NCBI GenBank assembly: GCA_964202905.1
Contig: CAXNJO010000001.1
Span: forward strand, 352,001-416,000
DNA from: Polyangiales bacterium
GTDB taxonomy: Bacteria > Myxococcota_A > Polyangia > Polyangiales > JADJQN01
Direction: 5' to 3'
Length of the DNA stretch: 64,000 nt
In this document: piece after piece, positions 26,481 to 36,153 of the stretch
Position numbering within the stretch: the stretch's first letter is position 1
Layout: each line of letters opens with the position of its first letter
The notes under the pieces: model-generated
What the model was told of the DNA's origin: nothing
Seen by the model: the letters and a program-made list of their open reading frames with translations, nothing else
The model's database searches: none
Position numbers and translations under genes: made by a program

Positions 26481-27164
26481 TCAGTCGTGCGCGGCGCTCC
26501 CCTCCCCCTCGTCGAGCGTGATCTCGCCCTGCAGCTCGGGGTACTTGCCCTTCATGCCCGCGTAGAACTTCCGGAGGTGCTCGAAGTCCGCGCGGATGTC
26601 GCCGGTCGGCCAGAACACCTCGCCGAGCCCGCCGACCTTGTTCCCGAAGTCGACGAAGCCGAGCACGATCGGCACCTTCGCCTCGAGCGCGATGTAATAG
26701 AAGCCCGTCTTCCAGCGCTTCGCGCGGCCGCGCGTGCCCTCGGGCGGGACCATCAACATCAGCTCGTCGCGGCCCTCGAAGAGCCTGGCGATGTTCTTCA
26801 CCGCGTCGGTGCGCACGCGCCGGTCGACGGGCACGCCGCCGATCGCGCGCATGAAGGTCCCGAGGGGCGGACTGAAGAGCGTGTGCTTGCCGACCCACGA
26901 GATCTTGATGTCGAGCACGAACGAGAGCGCGAGCGAGAACGGCAGGTCCCAGTTCGACGTGTGCGGCGCGGCGACGAGCACGGCCTTCTTCACGCCGGGC
27001 ACGCGCGGTTCGCAGCGCCATCCCGTGACCTTGAGCCAGGTGCGGCCGAGCGCGCCGAGGAAGCCGCCGCCGCGCTCGATGTACGGCGCGGTCGCGGGCG
27101 GCGGGCGCGCGGGTTCCGTCGGCGCTGCGGAGGGCTCGGGCGAGGCGTGGGGCTCGGTCGACAT
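26481..27164 (-). CDS. PlsC-family lysophospholipid acyltransferase
   Basis: APHTSNWD (HxxxxD), PEGTR, WKTGFY. Confidence 0.9.
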   Translation of the reverse strand: MSTEPHASPEPSAAPTEPARPPPATAPYIERGGGFLGALGRTWLKVTGWRCEPRVPGVKKAVLVAAPHTSNWDLPFSLALSFVLDIKISWVGKHTLFSPPLGTFMRAIGGVPVDRRVRTDAVKNIARLFEGRDELMLMVPPEGTRGRAKRWKTGFYYIALEAKVPIVLGFVDFGNKVGGLGEVFWPTGDIRADFEHLRKFYAGMKGKYPELQGEITLDEGEGSAAHD

Positions 27165-27227
27165 GGGCGCGAAGTAAATCCGAATGGCGCGTCTGCCGCC
27201 ACCCCTCTCGGTCCGCGCTCGGCTGCT

Positions 27228-28136
27228 ATGGTCGCGCGCACCATGCAGCGGCCCTTCGCCACCTTCCTCGTCTCCGCGCCCGATCAGCCGGGCCTCGTCG
27301 CGCGCTTCGCCGGCTTCTTCTACGAGCTCGGGGTCAACATCCTCGACTCGTCCAACCACGCCTCGCGCGACGAGAGCGACACGCGCCGCTTCTACATGCG
27401 CCTCGTCGTGGACCTCGACGGCCTCGCGAGCCCGCGCGCGCTCGCCGCGCTCGGCGAGTCGACCTCGCGGCGGACGCTCGAGCAGGCCTTCGGCAAGCTC
27501 GCGACGGAGCTCTCCGCGACGTGGAGCGTCGGCTACTCGGACGTCCCCGAGAAGATCGCGCTCCTCGTCACGAAGGAGAGCGCATGCCTCTACGACCTCG
27601 TGCTGCGGCAGCGGCAGGGCGAGCTGCCCTGCGAGATCGCGCTCATCGTCTCGAACCACCCCACGCTCGAGCCCGTGGCCGAGGGCTTCCGCCTGCCCTT
27701 CTACACGCTGCCCGTGACGGCCGAGACCAAGCGCGCGCAGGAGACGCAGCTGCTCGCGCTGCTGCGCAAACACCACGTCACGCTCGTCGTGCTCGCGCGC
27801 TACATGCAGGTGCTGTCGGACGCCTTCCTCGCGGAGGCGCCGCCGGTCATCAACATCCACCACGGCTTCCTCCCCGCTTTTCAAGGCGCGAAGCCCTACC
27901 ACCAGGCCTTCGCGCGCGGCGTGAAGCTCATCGGCGCGACGGCGCACTACGCGACGAAGGACCTCGACGAGGGCCCGATCCTCGAGCAGGACGTCGCGCG
28001 CGTGCACCACGGCATGGGCCCCGAAGACCTCGTGCGCGTCGGCCGCGACGTCGAGCGCGTCGTGCTCGCGCGCGCGGTGCGGGCCCACCTCGAGCGCCGC
28101 GTCATCGTCGAGGGGCGCCGCACGATCGTGCTCTGA
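27228..28136 (+). CDS. purU: Formyltetrahydrofolate deformylase
   Basis: ACT domain (PDQPGLV), LARYMQVL, INIHHGFLP, PYHQA, GATAHY, LDEGPI. Confidence 0.95.
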   Translation: MVARTMQRPFATFLVSAPDQPGLVARFAGFFYELGVNILDSSNHASRDESDTRRFYMRLVVDLDGLASPRALAALGESTSRRTLEQAFGKLATELSATWSVGYSDVPEKIALLVTKESACLYDLVLRQRQGELPCEIALIVSNHPTLEPVAEGFRLPFYTLPVTAETKRAQETQLLALLRKHHVTLVVLARYMQVLSDAFLAEAPPVINIHHGFLPAFQGAKPYHQAFARGVKLIGATAHYATKDLDEGPILEQDVARVHHGMGPEDLVRVGRDVERVVLARAVRAHLERRVIVEGRRTIVL

Positions 28137-28185
28137 TCGCCCCGTTTTTTTCGGCACTTCACGGCCCGTCAGGGCAGGCGGTGCC

Positions 28186-29250
28186 TCAGAACAGCGCGCC
28201 CTGCGGGTCGTCGGCGCAGGCGAGGATCTTCCGCGTGAGCGTCGAGACGCCGACCTCGGCGAGCGCTTCGGTGCGCAGCGCGCGCGCGTCGTCCGCACCG
28301 TCGCGGAGCCGCGCGCCCGTCGCCCGCCACACCTCGACGAAGAGCCGGCGGTGCGTGAGCACGTGCACGACCTCGCCCGCCTTCGCGCGCTCGAGCCGCG
28401 CGGTGATGCCGGCTTCGCGCAGCGCCTCCTTCGCCGCGTCACGCCCCTCGCCCTCGCCCATCGGGAGGCCATGGAGCCCGCCGAAGAGCGCCTCGCGTCC
28501 CCGCACGAAGATGCGCGCCGCTGGGTCCTCGGAGGTGCGTGCGGCCACCGCGACGAGGCGCACGGGCGTCGGCGCCTTCTTCGCGCGCGGGACGGGCAGC
28601 TCCGCCTCGCAGCCCGCCGCACGCGCCGCGCACGCGTCGCGCACCGGGCACTGCGCGCACGCGGGCTTCTGCGGGGTGCACACGGTCGCACCGAGCTCCA
28701 TCAGCGCCTGGTTCAGCGCGCCCGGACGCACGCCGCGCACGAGGGCTTCGGCATGCGCCCAGAGCGCGCGCTCGGTGTCGCGCTGGCCGAGCGGCGTCTC
28801 GATGCGCACGAGGCGCGCGAGCACCCGCGCGACGTTGCCGTCGACGAGCGGCTCCTCGCGATCGAAGGCGATCGAGCCGATCGCGCCGCACGTGTACGCA
28901 CCCACGCCGGGCAGCGCGCGGCGTGCCTCCGCGTCTTCGGGGACCCGCCCGCCGTGCCGCGCGACGACCTCGCGCACGCCGGCATGCAGCAGCCGCGCAC
29001 GGCGGTAGTAGCCGAGCCCGCTCCATGCGCCGAGCACCTCGTCCTCGCTCGCGTCGGCGAGCGCTGCCGGCGTCGGAAAACGCGCGAGAAAACGCGCGAA
29101 ATAGGGGATCACCGTCTCGACGCGGGTCTGCTGGAGCATCACCTCGGAGACCCAGATCGCGTACGGATCGCGCGTGCGGCGCCACGGCAGATCGCGCGCG
29201 GCCGTGTCGTACCAGCCGAGCAGCGCGGCGCGCACGCGGGACGTCTCCAT
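28186..29250 (-). CDS. mutY: A/G-specific adenine glycosylase
   Basis: LPWR, WVSEVMLQQT, WSGLGYYRRA, LPGVG, VDGNV, Fe-S motif CTPQKPACAQCPVRDAC. Confidence 0.95.
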   Translation of the reverse strand: METSRVRAALLGWYDTAARDLPWRRTRDPYAIWVSEVMLQQTRVETVIPYFARFLARFPTPAALADASEDEVLGAWSGLGYYRRARLLHAGVREVVARHGGRVPEDAEARRALPGVGAYTCGAIGSIAFDREEPLVDGNVARVLARLVRIETPLGQRDTERALWAHAEALVRGVRPGALNQALMELGATVCTPQKPACAQCPVRDACAARAAGCEAELPVPRAKKAPTPVRLVAVAARTSEDPAARIFVRGREALFGGLHGLPMGEGEGRDAAKEALREAGITARLERAKAGEVVHVLTHRRLFVEVWRATGARLRDGADDARALRTEALAEVGVSTLTRKILACADDPQGALF

Positions 29251-29345
29251 CGCGCGCCGAGCCTGCCACGCCGCGGCAGCGAGGCGCGAGCCCGCGTGTG
29301 ACGCGAGACGCTATGCTCCGGCCGATGTCCGGCGCCCCCGCTCGC

Positions 29346-29906
29346 ATGCCCGCACCGCTCCGTCTCTCCTCGCTTCTCGCGCTCGGCGCGCTCGCACTCG
29401 TGACGGTCGCCTGTGGTCGCGGAGGCGACGCGCGACAGAGCCGCGAGCGCACGTCGTCGACCGAGACCGCCGCCGCAAACCCGAGCGATCCGGCAAGTCC
29501 CGCGCTCCCCCGCGAGACACACGCCGGCGAGGGCGGCGGCCTCGCCGTGCACGGCGATCCGTCGCGCCCGGGTCGCGCCGTCGGACTGCGCATCGCGAAC
29601 ACGGGAAGCACGACGCTCTCCATCGACTCGGCCCTCACGCTCGAACACGAGTCCGGAGGGCGCTTCGTCCCGCTCGAGGCCATGGGCCGCGTGACGTTGC
29701 GAGGGAACTGCACCGCGGCCGCGCCCCGCTGCGTGCCGCTCGCGCCGGGCGCGGAGATCTTCCCCCCCGACTGGCTCGGCACGACGGGCGACGCGCAGTG
29801 CGCCTGCGAGGAGTGCGGGCCCGCCCCCGCGGGGCGCTACCGCTTCGTCGCGAAGAGCTGCGACGGGGCGAAGACCTACGCGGGCGAGCCGTTCGCGATG
29901 GAATGA
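29346..29906 (+). CDS. Hypothetical lipoprotein
   Basis: Lipobox LVTVAC; Ig-like domain with QCACEEC and GRYRFV. Confidence 0.65.
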   Translation: MPAPLRLSSLLALGALALVTVACGRGGDARQSRERTSSTETAAANPSDPASPALPRETHAGEGGGLAVHGDPSRPGRAVGLRIANTGSTTLSIDSALTLEHESGGRFVPLEAMGRVTLRGNCTAAAPRCVPLAPGAEIFPPDWLGTTGDAQCACEECGPAPAGRYRFVAKSCDGAKTYAGEPFAME

Positions 29907-29980
29907 ACGCGGCGCGCAGCGGCCTCCTGTGCGAGGCCCACAGCGTCCTCTGCGAAGCCCGCGAAGAAGGGACCCCGCCG

Positions 29981-30538
29981 ATGAGTCTCACGCACGCTCT
30001 CCTCCACGCATCGCGCCGCGAGCTCCGCGCGCGCATCGTCGAGGGCTACCCCGTCGATCCGGACGCGCTCGCGGGCTGGGCGTACCGCGGCGTGAGCCTC
30101 GGCCTGCCGCGCTTCGTCGAGCGGCTTTCGTGGAAGACGTTTCAAAAGACGTTCTGGCGCTGTCCGCGCACGGGCCGCCTGCTCGGGTGGAACGTGGGGC
30201 TCCACCAGGACGGCGTCGACGCGCCGAGCCGCCCGCTGCTGCGCGACGGCAAGCCCGCGACGCGCTGGCACTACGAGGTGATCGAGCCGCGCGGCGTGCC
30301 CTTCCCGCGGGGCTTCGATCGCGGCCTCATCATCGACTACGGGCGCGGCGAGAACCCGCGCTTCGATCCGACGCGCCTCATGAAGGATCCGCTCGTCGCG
30401 CTCGCGCCGGGCGACCCCGATGCGCTGCTCGGCATGAGCTACGCGGTCGTCGGCGGCGTGTGTCTCGAGACGCCGTCGTACTTCACGCTCGAGCGCGAGC
30501 ACCGCATCGACCACGTGCCGTACGCGGAGGCGCCTTGA
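29981..30538 (+). CDS. Hypothetical protein
   Basis: Protein-like composition (WKTFQKTF, LIIDYG, MKDPLV, YFTLER); stop overlaps the next start. Confidence 0.7.
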   Translation: MSLTHALLHASRRELRARIVEGYPVDPDALAGWAYRGVSLGLPRFVERLSWKTFQKTFWRCPRTGRLLGWNVGLHQDGVDAPSRPLLRDGKPATRWHYEVIEPRGVPFPRGFDRGLIIDYGRGENPRFDPTRLMKDPLVALAPGDPDALLGMSYAVVGGVCLETPSYFTLEREHRIDHVPYAEAP

Positions 30539-31084
30539 AAACAAGCACGTCGGGCTGGCTCGGGCGCGCGCTGCGACGGCCACTCTCCGCGGGCGAGCGT
30601 GCGCGCCTCGTCCGGGCGCTCGCTGCGGTACTTCCCGCTGAGCGCGCGGGGCTGCAGGCGCTCGACGCGCTCGATCACGCGGCCTTCTTCGCCGCGATCG
30701 AGGGCACGACGGGGCCGACCTTCCTGCCGGGGCGTGCGCAGGCTCGGCGAGGTGCTGCTCGCCGCCGGCGCCGTGGAGGTCAACCCGGGGGTGCCGGGCT
30801 TCGACGCGGTCGTGCGCGACCCGCGTCGCATGGCCGCCATCGAGGACGAGGGCCCGCTCGACGCGCGCGCCTATACGATGTCGATGACGCACCTCTTCGG
30901 CACCGCGCGCCTCGGCTCCGATCCGGCGCGCTGCGTGGTGCGCCCGCACTTCCGCCACCACCGCGTGCCCGGGCTCTACGTCGCCGACTCGAGCGTCTCC
31001 CCGACGAACCCCGGCGTGAACCCGCAGCGCTCGATCATGGCGCTCTCGCAGCGCTGCGCCGACCGCGTGCTCGCGGCGGCGTGA
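30535..31084 (+). pseudogene. GMC oxidoreductase remnant with large internal deletion
   Basis: Short N-terminal piece from TTG 30535 joined out of frame near 30730 to a GMC C-terminal domain (HLFGTARLG, GLYVADSS, GVNPQRSIMAL); no FAD-binding GxGxxG domain. Confidence 0.7.
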
Positions 31085-31121
31085 GGCGCGGATCACCTTA
31101 TTTTCGAAGGCGATCCGACGA

Positions 31122-32630
31122 TCAGGCGAGCTCGAGGAAGAGCCGGTCGGGCTCCTCGAGCATCCCGATGATGTCGTAGGCGAACGCGGCGCCGACGTGC
31201 CCGTCGACGATGCGGTGATCGAAGGAGAGCGAGAGCAGCATCACCTCGCCGATCACGATCTGGCCGTCGCGCACGACGGGGCGCTGCTTGATCTGGTGCA
31301 CGCCGAGGATGCCCACCTCGGGGAAGTTGAGGATGGGCGTCGCGAAGAGCCCGCCCTGCTTGCCGAGCGAGGTGACGGTGAAGGTCGAGCCGGAGAGCTC
31401 GGCGGAGCTGAGCGTGCCCGCGCGCGCACCGCGGCCGAGGCGGTCGATCTCGCGCGAGACCTCGAGGATGGAGAGCGTGTCCGCGTCGCGCACGACCGGG
31501 ACCATGAGGCCCTGATCCGTCGAAGCTGCAATCCCGATGTTGTAGTAATTCCGTGTCACCAGCTCGTTGCTGACTTCGTCGAGCGCGCTGTTGAGGATGG
31601 GCGCGCGCTTCAGCGCGGCGACGACGGCCTTCACGATGAAGGGCAGGTACGTGAGCTTGATGTCGCGCGCATCCGCGTGCGGCTTGAGGCGCGCGTGCAG
31701 CTCCTTGAGCCGCGTGACGTCGCACTCCTCGACGAAGGTGAAGTGCGCGGCGGTGTTCTTCGAGGTCTGCATCCGCTCGGCGATCTTCCGGCGGACCCCC
31801 ACGAACGGCTTGCGCGTCTCGCGCGCGGTCTGCGCGGGCGTCGGCGCGACGACCGCGATCGGCGCACGCGCGCCGCTCGTGCCAGGCGCAGCGGCCACGG
31901 ACGCAGCGGCCCCGACGCCACGCACCGTCGCGGGGACCTGCGCGTACGCGTGCGACTGCGCGTCGGGCGCAGGCGCGGCGGCGTGCGCGGCGCCGCCCGA
32001 GGCGAAGGCCTCGACGTCGGCACGCGTGACGCGACCGTTCGCGCCGGTGGGACGCACATGCCGCAGATCGACGCCGGCGTCGCGCGCGAGCTTGCGCGTC
32101 GCGGGCGTCGCGAGCGGCTTCTCCGCGAAGTACGCGGGCGCAGCGGCCACGGCGGGCGCAGCAGACGCCGCGGGTGCGGCCGCAGCGGGCGCCTTCTTCG
32201 CGAAGAAGCTCGAGCCGGGCAGCGACTCGCGGATGTCACCGACGGCCGTCGCCGCGGGTCCATCCGACTTCGCGGCGGGCGCCGCGGGCACACCGGCGGC
32301 GACGCCCGTGTGCATGGCCGCAGGCGCGGCGGGCTGCGCGTGATTCGCCGCAGGCGCTGCAGGCGCCGTGTGGGTCGCGGCGCCTGCGCCACCGAGCTCG
32401 ATCTGCACGAGCACCGCGCCGACCTTCACGACCTGCCCGACGGCCCCGCCGAGCGACGCGATGGTGCCCGCCTTCGGCGCGCCGATCGTGACGGTCGCCT
32501 TGTCGGTCATGACCTCCACCATCGGGTCGTCTTCCTTGACGACGTCGCCCGTTTTGACGCTCCAGGCGACGATCTCGCCCTCGGTCACGCCCTCGCCGAT
32601 GTCCGGAAGTCTGAAGTCGAAGATCGCCAT
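31122..32630 (-). CDS. 2-oxoacid dehydrogenase E2 (dihydrolipoamide acyltransferase)
   Basis: Lipoyl domain EVMTDKATV, E3-binding ATPATRKLAR, catalytic DHRIVDG. Confidence 0.95.
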   Translation of the reverse strand: MAIFDFRLPDIGEGVTEGEIVAWSVKTGDVVKEDDPMVEVMTDKATVTIGAPKAGTIASLGGAVGQVVKVGAVLVQIELGGAGAATHTAPAAPAANHAQPAAPAAMHTGVAAGVPAAPAAKSDGPAATAVGDIRESLPGSSFFAKKAPAAAAPAASAAPAVAAAPAYFAEKPLATPATRKLARDAGVDLRHVRPTGANGRVTRADVEAFASGGAAHAAAPAPDAQSHAYAQVPATVRGVGAAASVAAAPGTSGARAPIAVVAPTPAQTARETRKPFVGVRRKIAERMQTSKNTAAHFTFVEECDVTRLKELHARLKPHADARDIKLTYLPFIVKAVVAALKRAPILNSALDEVSNELVTRNYYNIGIAASTDQGLMVPVVRDADTLSILEVSREIDRLGRGARAGTLSSAELSGSTFTVTSLGKQGGLFATPILNFPEVGILGVHQIKQRPVVRDGQIVIGEVMLLSLSFDHRIVDGHVGAAFAYDIIGMLEEPDRLFLELA

Positions 32631-32660
32631 GGTCTGCTGGTCCTCAAAAATGGGGGCGAC

Positions 32661-33638
32661 TCAGAACTTCGCCGTCTCGATGAGCGCCGGCGTGATCCGA
32701 TGCTGGAGCGGCAGGTAGTCCGTCTCGAGCGTGTAGGGGAACGGGGTGTCCCAGCCCGTGACGCGGACCGGCGGCGCCTCGAGGTGGAGGAAGGCCTTCT
32801 CGCTGATGAGCGTGAGGATCTCCGCGCCAAAGCCGCAGGTCTTCGGGGCCTCGTGCACCACGACGACGCGGCCCGTCCTCTTCACGCTCTCGACGATCGT
32901 GTCGAGGTCGAGCGGCCAGAGCGTGCGCAGGTCGATGACCTCCGCCTCGATGCCCTCGCGCGCGGAGACCTCCTCGGCCGAGGCGAGCGCCTCGTAGAGC
33001 ATCGCGCCCCACGCGACGACCGTGACGTGCTTGCCCTCGCGCACGACCTTCGCCTCCGAGAGCGGGATCGTGTACTCGCCCTCGGGCACCTCGCCCTTGG
33101 CCGCGCGGTACACGCGCTTCGGCTCGAAGAAGAGGACCGGATCTTCGTCGCGGATCGCGGAGAGCAGCAAGCCCTTCGCGTCGTAGGGATTCGACGGACA
33201 CACCACCTTCAATCCCGCGGTGTGGATGAACAGCGATTCAGGCGACTGCGAGTGGTAGTGACCGCCGCGGATGCCGCCGCCGACCGGCGTGCGGATCACC
33301 ATCGGGCAGGTGTACTCGCCGCCCGAGCGATAGCGGTATTTGGCCGCCTCGCTGACGATCTGGTCGAAGGCCGGGAAGATGAAGTCGGCGAACTGGATCT
33401 CGGGCACCGGGCGCAGCCCGTAGAGCGCCATGCCGATCGCCGCGCCGATGATGCCGCCCTCGGCGAGCGGCGTGTCGATCACGCGGTCGTCGCCGAACTC
33501 GTCGTAGAGCCCCTGCGTCACGCGGAAGACGCCGCCGACCTTGCCGACGTCTTCGCCGAGCACCACCACGCGGTCGTCACGGCGCATCTCGAGGCGCAGC
33601 GCGTCGTTGATCGCCTGCACCATGTTCATCTCGGTCAT
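32661..33638 (-). CDS. 2-oxoacid dehydrogenase E1 beta (branched-chain or pyruvate type)
   Basis: GEDVG, DTPLAE, EIQFADF, GHYHSQS, VVHEA. Confidence 0.95.
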   Translation of the reverse strand: MTEMNMVQAINDALRLEMRRDDRVVVLGEDVGKVGGVFRVTQGLYDEFGDDRVIDTPLAEGGIIGAAIGMALYGLRPVPEIQFADFIFPAFDQIVSEAAKYRYRSGGEYTCPMVIRTPVGGGIRGGHYHSQSPESLFIHTAGLKVVCPSNPYDAKGLLLSAIRDEDPVLFFEPKRVYRAAKGEVPEGEYTIPLSEAKVVREGKHVTVVAWGAMLYEALASAEEVSAREGIEAEVIDLRTLWPLDLDTIVESVKRTGRVVVVHEAPKTCGFGAEILTLISEKAFLHLEAPPVRVTGWDTPFPYTLETDYLPLQHRITPALIETAKF

Positions 33639-33714
33639 CGGGCTCTTCTCCGGATCTCTGAAACGAACGGTCTCTGACTCGAACGATCGCGGGATGGGAA
33701 CGCGGGAAACAGGC

Positions 33715-34866
33715 TCAGTGGTGCGCCTGCGGGCGCGGCCCCTCGAGGCACTCGCGCTCCTGCTCGATCAGGTACTTCGGCTTCTCGGCGAAGACGTCGT
33801 CGAAGAGCGTGGAGAGCGCGGGGCGCGGCGTCGCCTCGGCCACCTCGATGCACGCCTTCAGCTCGGCGTCGACGTCGGCGCGGAGCTTCGCGTCCTCTTC
33901 GTCGCTGATCGCGCCGAGCGTCTCGAGGTGCTTGCGCAGGCGGAGGATCGGGTCGGCCTTGCGCCAGTGCGTGACCTCGTCCTCGACGCGGTAGGCGCGC
34001 GGATCGTCGGAGGTCGAGTGGCCGCTCAGGCGGTAGGTCATCATCTCGATGAGCGTCGGGCCACCGCCCGCCGCGGCGAACTCGACCGCCGCGCGCGCCG
34101 TCTTGTAGACGGCGAGCACGTCGTTGCCGTCGCAGCGGACCGCGGGGACGCCGTAGGCGACGCCCTTCTCGGCGAAGGTGCGCGTCGCGGTCTGCTTCTC
34201 GCTCGGCACGCTGATCGCCCAGCCGTTGTTGCGGCAGAGCATCACGGTCGGCGTCTTGAACACGCCCGCGAAGTTCATCGCGGTGTGGAACTCGTTCGAC
34301 GAGGTCGCGCCCTCGCCGAAGTACGCGCTCGTGACGAGGTCGTCCTTCTTGAGCTTCGCGGCCCAGGCGAAGCCGACGGCCTGCGTCATCTGCGTGCCGA
34401 TGGGCGAGCTGACCGAGCCGAACTTGTACGGCTTGCCGGTGTAGTGGTCCGGCATCTGCCGGCCCTTGGCCGGGTCGTTCGCGTTGCCGAACATGTTGTC
34501 GACGTAGGCCTGCAGCGGCATCCCGCGCCAGAGCAGCGCGCCGAACTCGCGGTAGCAGGGGAAGATCCAGTCCTGATCGCGCATCGCCGCGGCGCTCGCG
34601 AGGATGCACGCCTCTTCGCCGAGCGAGCCGATGTGGAAGCCGATGCGGCCCTGCCGCTGCAGCGTCACGAGGCGCTCGTCGATGACGCGCGTGCGCACCA
34701 TCGCGACGTAGAGCTTCTTGACGAGCGCGAGCGGGAGGCGCGGATCCTGCGCGGGATCGGCGGTGCCGTCCGCACGGATCACGCTCGCGATGCCCTCGAG
34801 GCTGCGCTCCGGCGTGCGGATGCCCGCGCCGCCGTGGATGGCCTTCACGTTGGTTTCGACCTGCAT
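33715..34866 (-). CDS. 2-oxoacid dehydrogenase E1 alpha (likely branched-chain)
   Basis: LQRQGRIGF, KGRQMPDHY, TPP motif FGEGATS...NNGWAIS, GHSTSDD. Confidence 0.93.
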   Translation of the reverse strand: MQVETNVKAIHGGAGIRTPERSLEGIASVIRADGTADPAQDPRLPLALVKKLYVAMVRTRVIDERLVTLQRQGRIGFHIGSLGEEACILASAAAMRDQDWIFPCYREFGALLWRGMPLQAYVDNMFGNANDPAKGRQMPDHYTGKPYKFGSVSSPIGTQMTQAVGFAWAAKLKKDDLVTSAYFGEGATSSNEFHTAMNFAGVFKTPTVMLCRNNGWAISVPSEKQTATRTFAEKGVAYGVPAVRCDGNDVLAVYKTARAAVEFAAAGGGPTLIEMMTYRLSGHSTSDDPRAYRVEDEVTHWRKADPILRLRKHLETLGAISDEEDAKLRADVDAELKACIEVAEATPRPALSTLFDDVFAEKPKYLIEQERECLEGPRPQAHH

Positions 34867-35819
34867 CACGTCACCACCTTCAGCGAGTGCTTCTGCCGTT
34901 TGCCGTACTTGTCTTCGAACGTGCGCGGCACGCCGCGGAGGATGCCCTTCAGGAACGCCTCCGCCGCGCGGTAGCTCGAGCGCACGAGCGGGCCCGACGC
35001 GACGAAGCGGAAGCCGAGCGCGCGGCCCGCCTCCTCGTAGCGCGCGAACTCCGCGGGCTCGACGTAGCGCACGAGCGGCGCGTGCTTCGGCGTCGGGCGG
35101 AGGTACTGCCCGATCGTCACGACGTCGACGTCGGCGGCGCGCAGCGACGCGAGCGCCTCGAGGACTTCGTCTTCCGTCTCGCCGCAGCCGACCATGAGCG
35201 ACGACTTCGTGTAGGCGGCGCCCGCTTCGCGCGCGACGCGCAGGACGTCGATCGAGCGCTCCCAGCTGCAGCGGTGATCGCGCATCGCCCTCTGCAGGCG
35301 CGGCACGACCTCGACGTTGTGCGCGAAGACGTCGGGGCGGCCCTCGGCGACGACCGTCTCGACGTCGGCGCGCACGCCCGCGAAGTCGCCGACGAGCGTC
35401 TCGACGAGCAGCTCGGGCGCGTGGTGTTTGATGCGCTGCACCGTCTGCGCGACGTGCGCCGCGCCGCCGTCGAGGAGGTCGTCGCGGTCGACCATGGTGA
35501 GCACGACGTACGCGAGGTCGAGCTCGCCGAGCGCGCGGCCGACGTGCTCGGGCTCGCGCGGGTCGTAGGCGCCGCGCGGGTTGCCCGTCTGCACGGCGCA
35601 GAAGGAGCAGCCCCGCGTGCAGGTGTCGCCGAGGATCATCAGCGTCGCGGTGCCCTCGCCCCAGCACTCACCGATGTTCGGGCAGCGCGCCTCCTCGCAG
35701 ACCGTGTGCAGGTCGAGGCGGCGGAAGGTGTCCTTCAGCTGCGCGTAGCGCTCCCCGCCCGGCATGCGGACCTTGAGCCAGTCGGGCTTCTTCGGGGGGG
35801 TCGGCGTGGGCTGCGTCAT
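34866..35819 (-). CDS. lipA: Lipoyl synthase
   Basis: CEEARCPNIGEC, CTRGCSFC, RSSY; stop overlaps E1 alpha start (TGATG). Confidence 0.96.
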   Translation of the reverse strand: MTQPTPTPPKKPDWLKVRMPGGERYAQLKDTFRRLDLHTVCEEARCPNIGECWGEGTATLMILGDTCTRGCSFCAVQTGNPRGAYDPREPEHVGRALGELDLAYVVLTMVDRDDLLDGGAAHVAQTVQRIKHHAPELLVETLVGDFAGVRADVETVVAEGRPDVFAHNVEVVPRLQRAMRDHRCSWERSIDVLRVAREAGAAYTKSSLMVGCGETEDEVLEALASLRAADVDVVTIGQYLRPTPKHAPLVRYVEPAEFARYEEAGRALGFRFVASGPLVRSSYRAAEAFLKGILRGVPRTFEDKYGKRQKHSLKVVT

Positions 35820-36153
35820 GGGTCGTACGTCGGGCCGGCGTGCGTCGGCGTAAAGCCCGGGCAGGCGCGAAACCTAGTCGGGCGCAGGGTGCCGTGTCAA
35901 CCGTCCGCGCGCGCCGTGCGTGCACGCCGCACCGCGTTTTTCCCCGGAAAGGTCGGGGCCAGCGACGCAATGCGTCAAGGTCGTTGACGTATCGGCGCCG
36001 CGGCCGACGCACGCGGACGCAGCAAGGACCTTGAGCCTTTCCGCTGACCGCGTGGTGGCCCGCCGCGGAGGGCGTGTGGTTGACCGCCGCGGAGGGGGCG
36101 TGGTGTGCTGGCGGACGATCCGCTTCGCTTCCCTGCCACGCTCCGGAGGTCCC

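Noticed and set aside
9650..31106. Similar intergenic strings gatcgccccatttttcg (9650), gatcgccccgtttttttcg (28135), gatcaccttattttcg (31091)
   Set aside because: Short and degenerate, one overlaps a stop codon; cannot be distinguished from chance or terminator tails without a genome-wide count
33655..33686. Short direct repeat tctctgaaacgaacg / tctctgactcgaacg between E1 alpha and E1 beta
   Set aside because: Two imperfect 15-mers only; no supportable function
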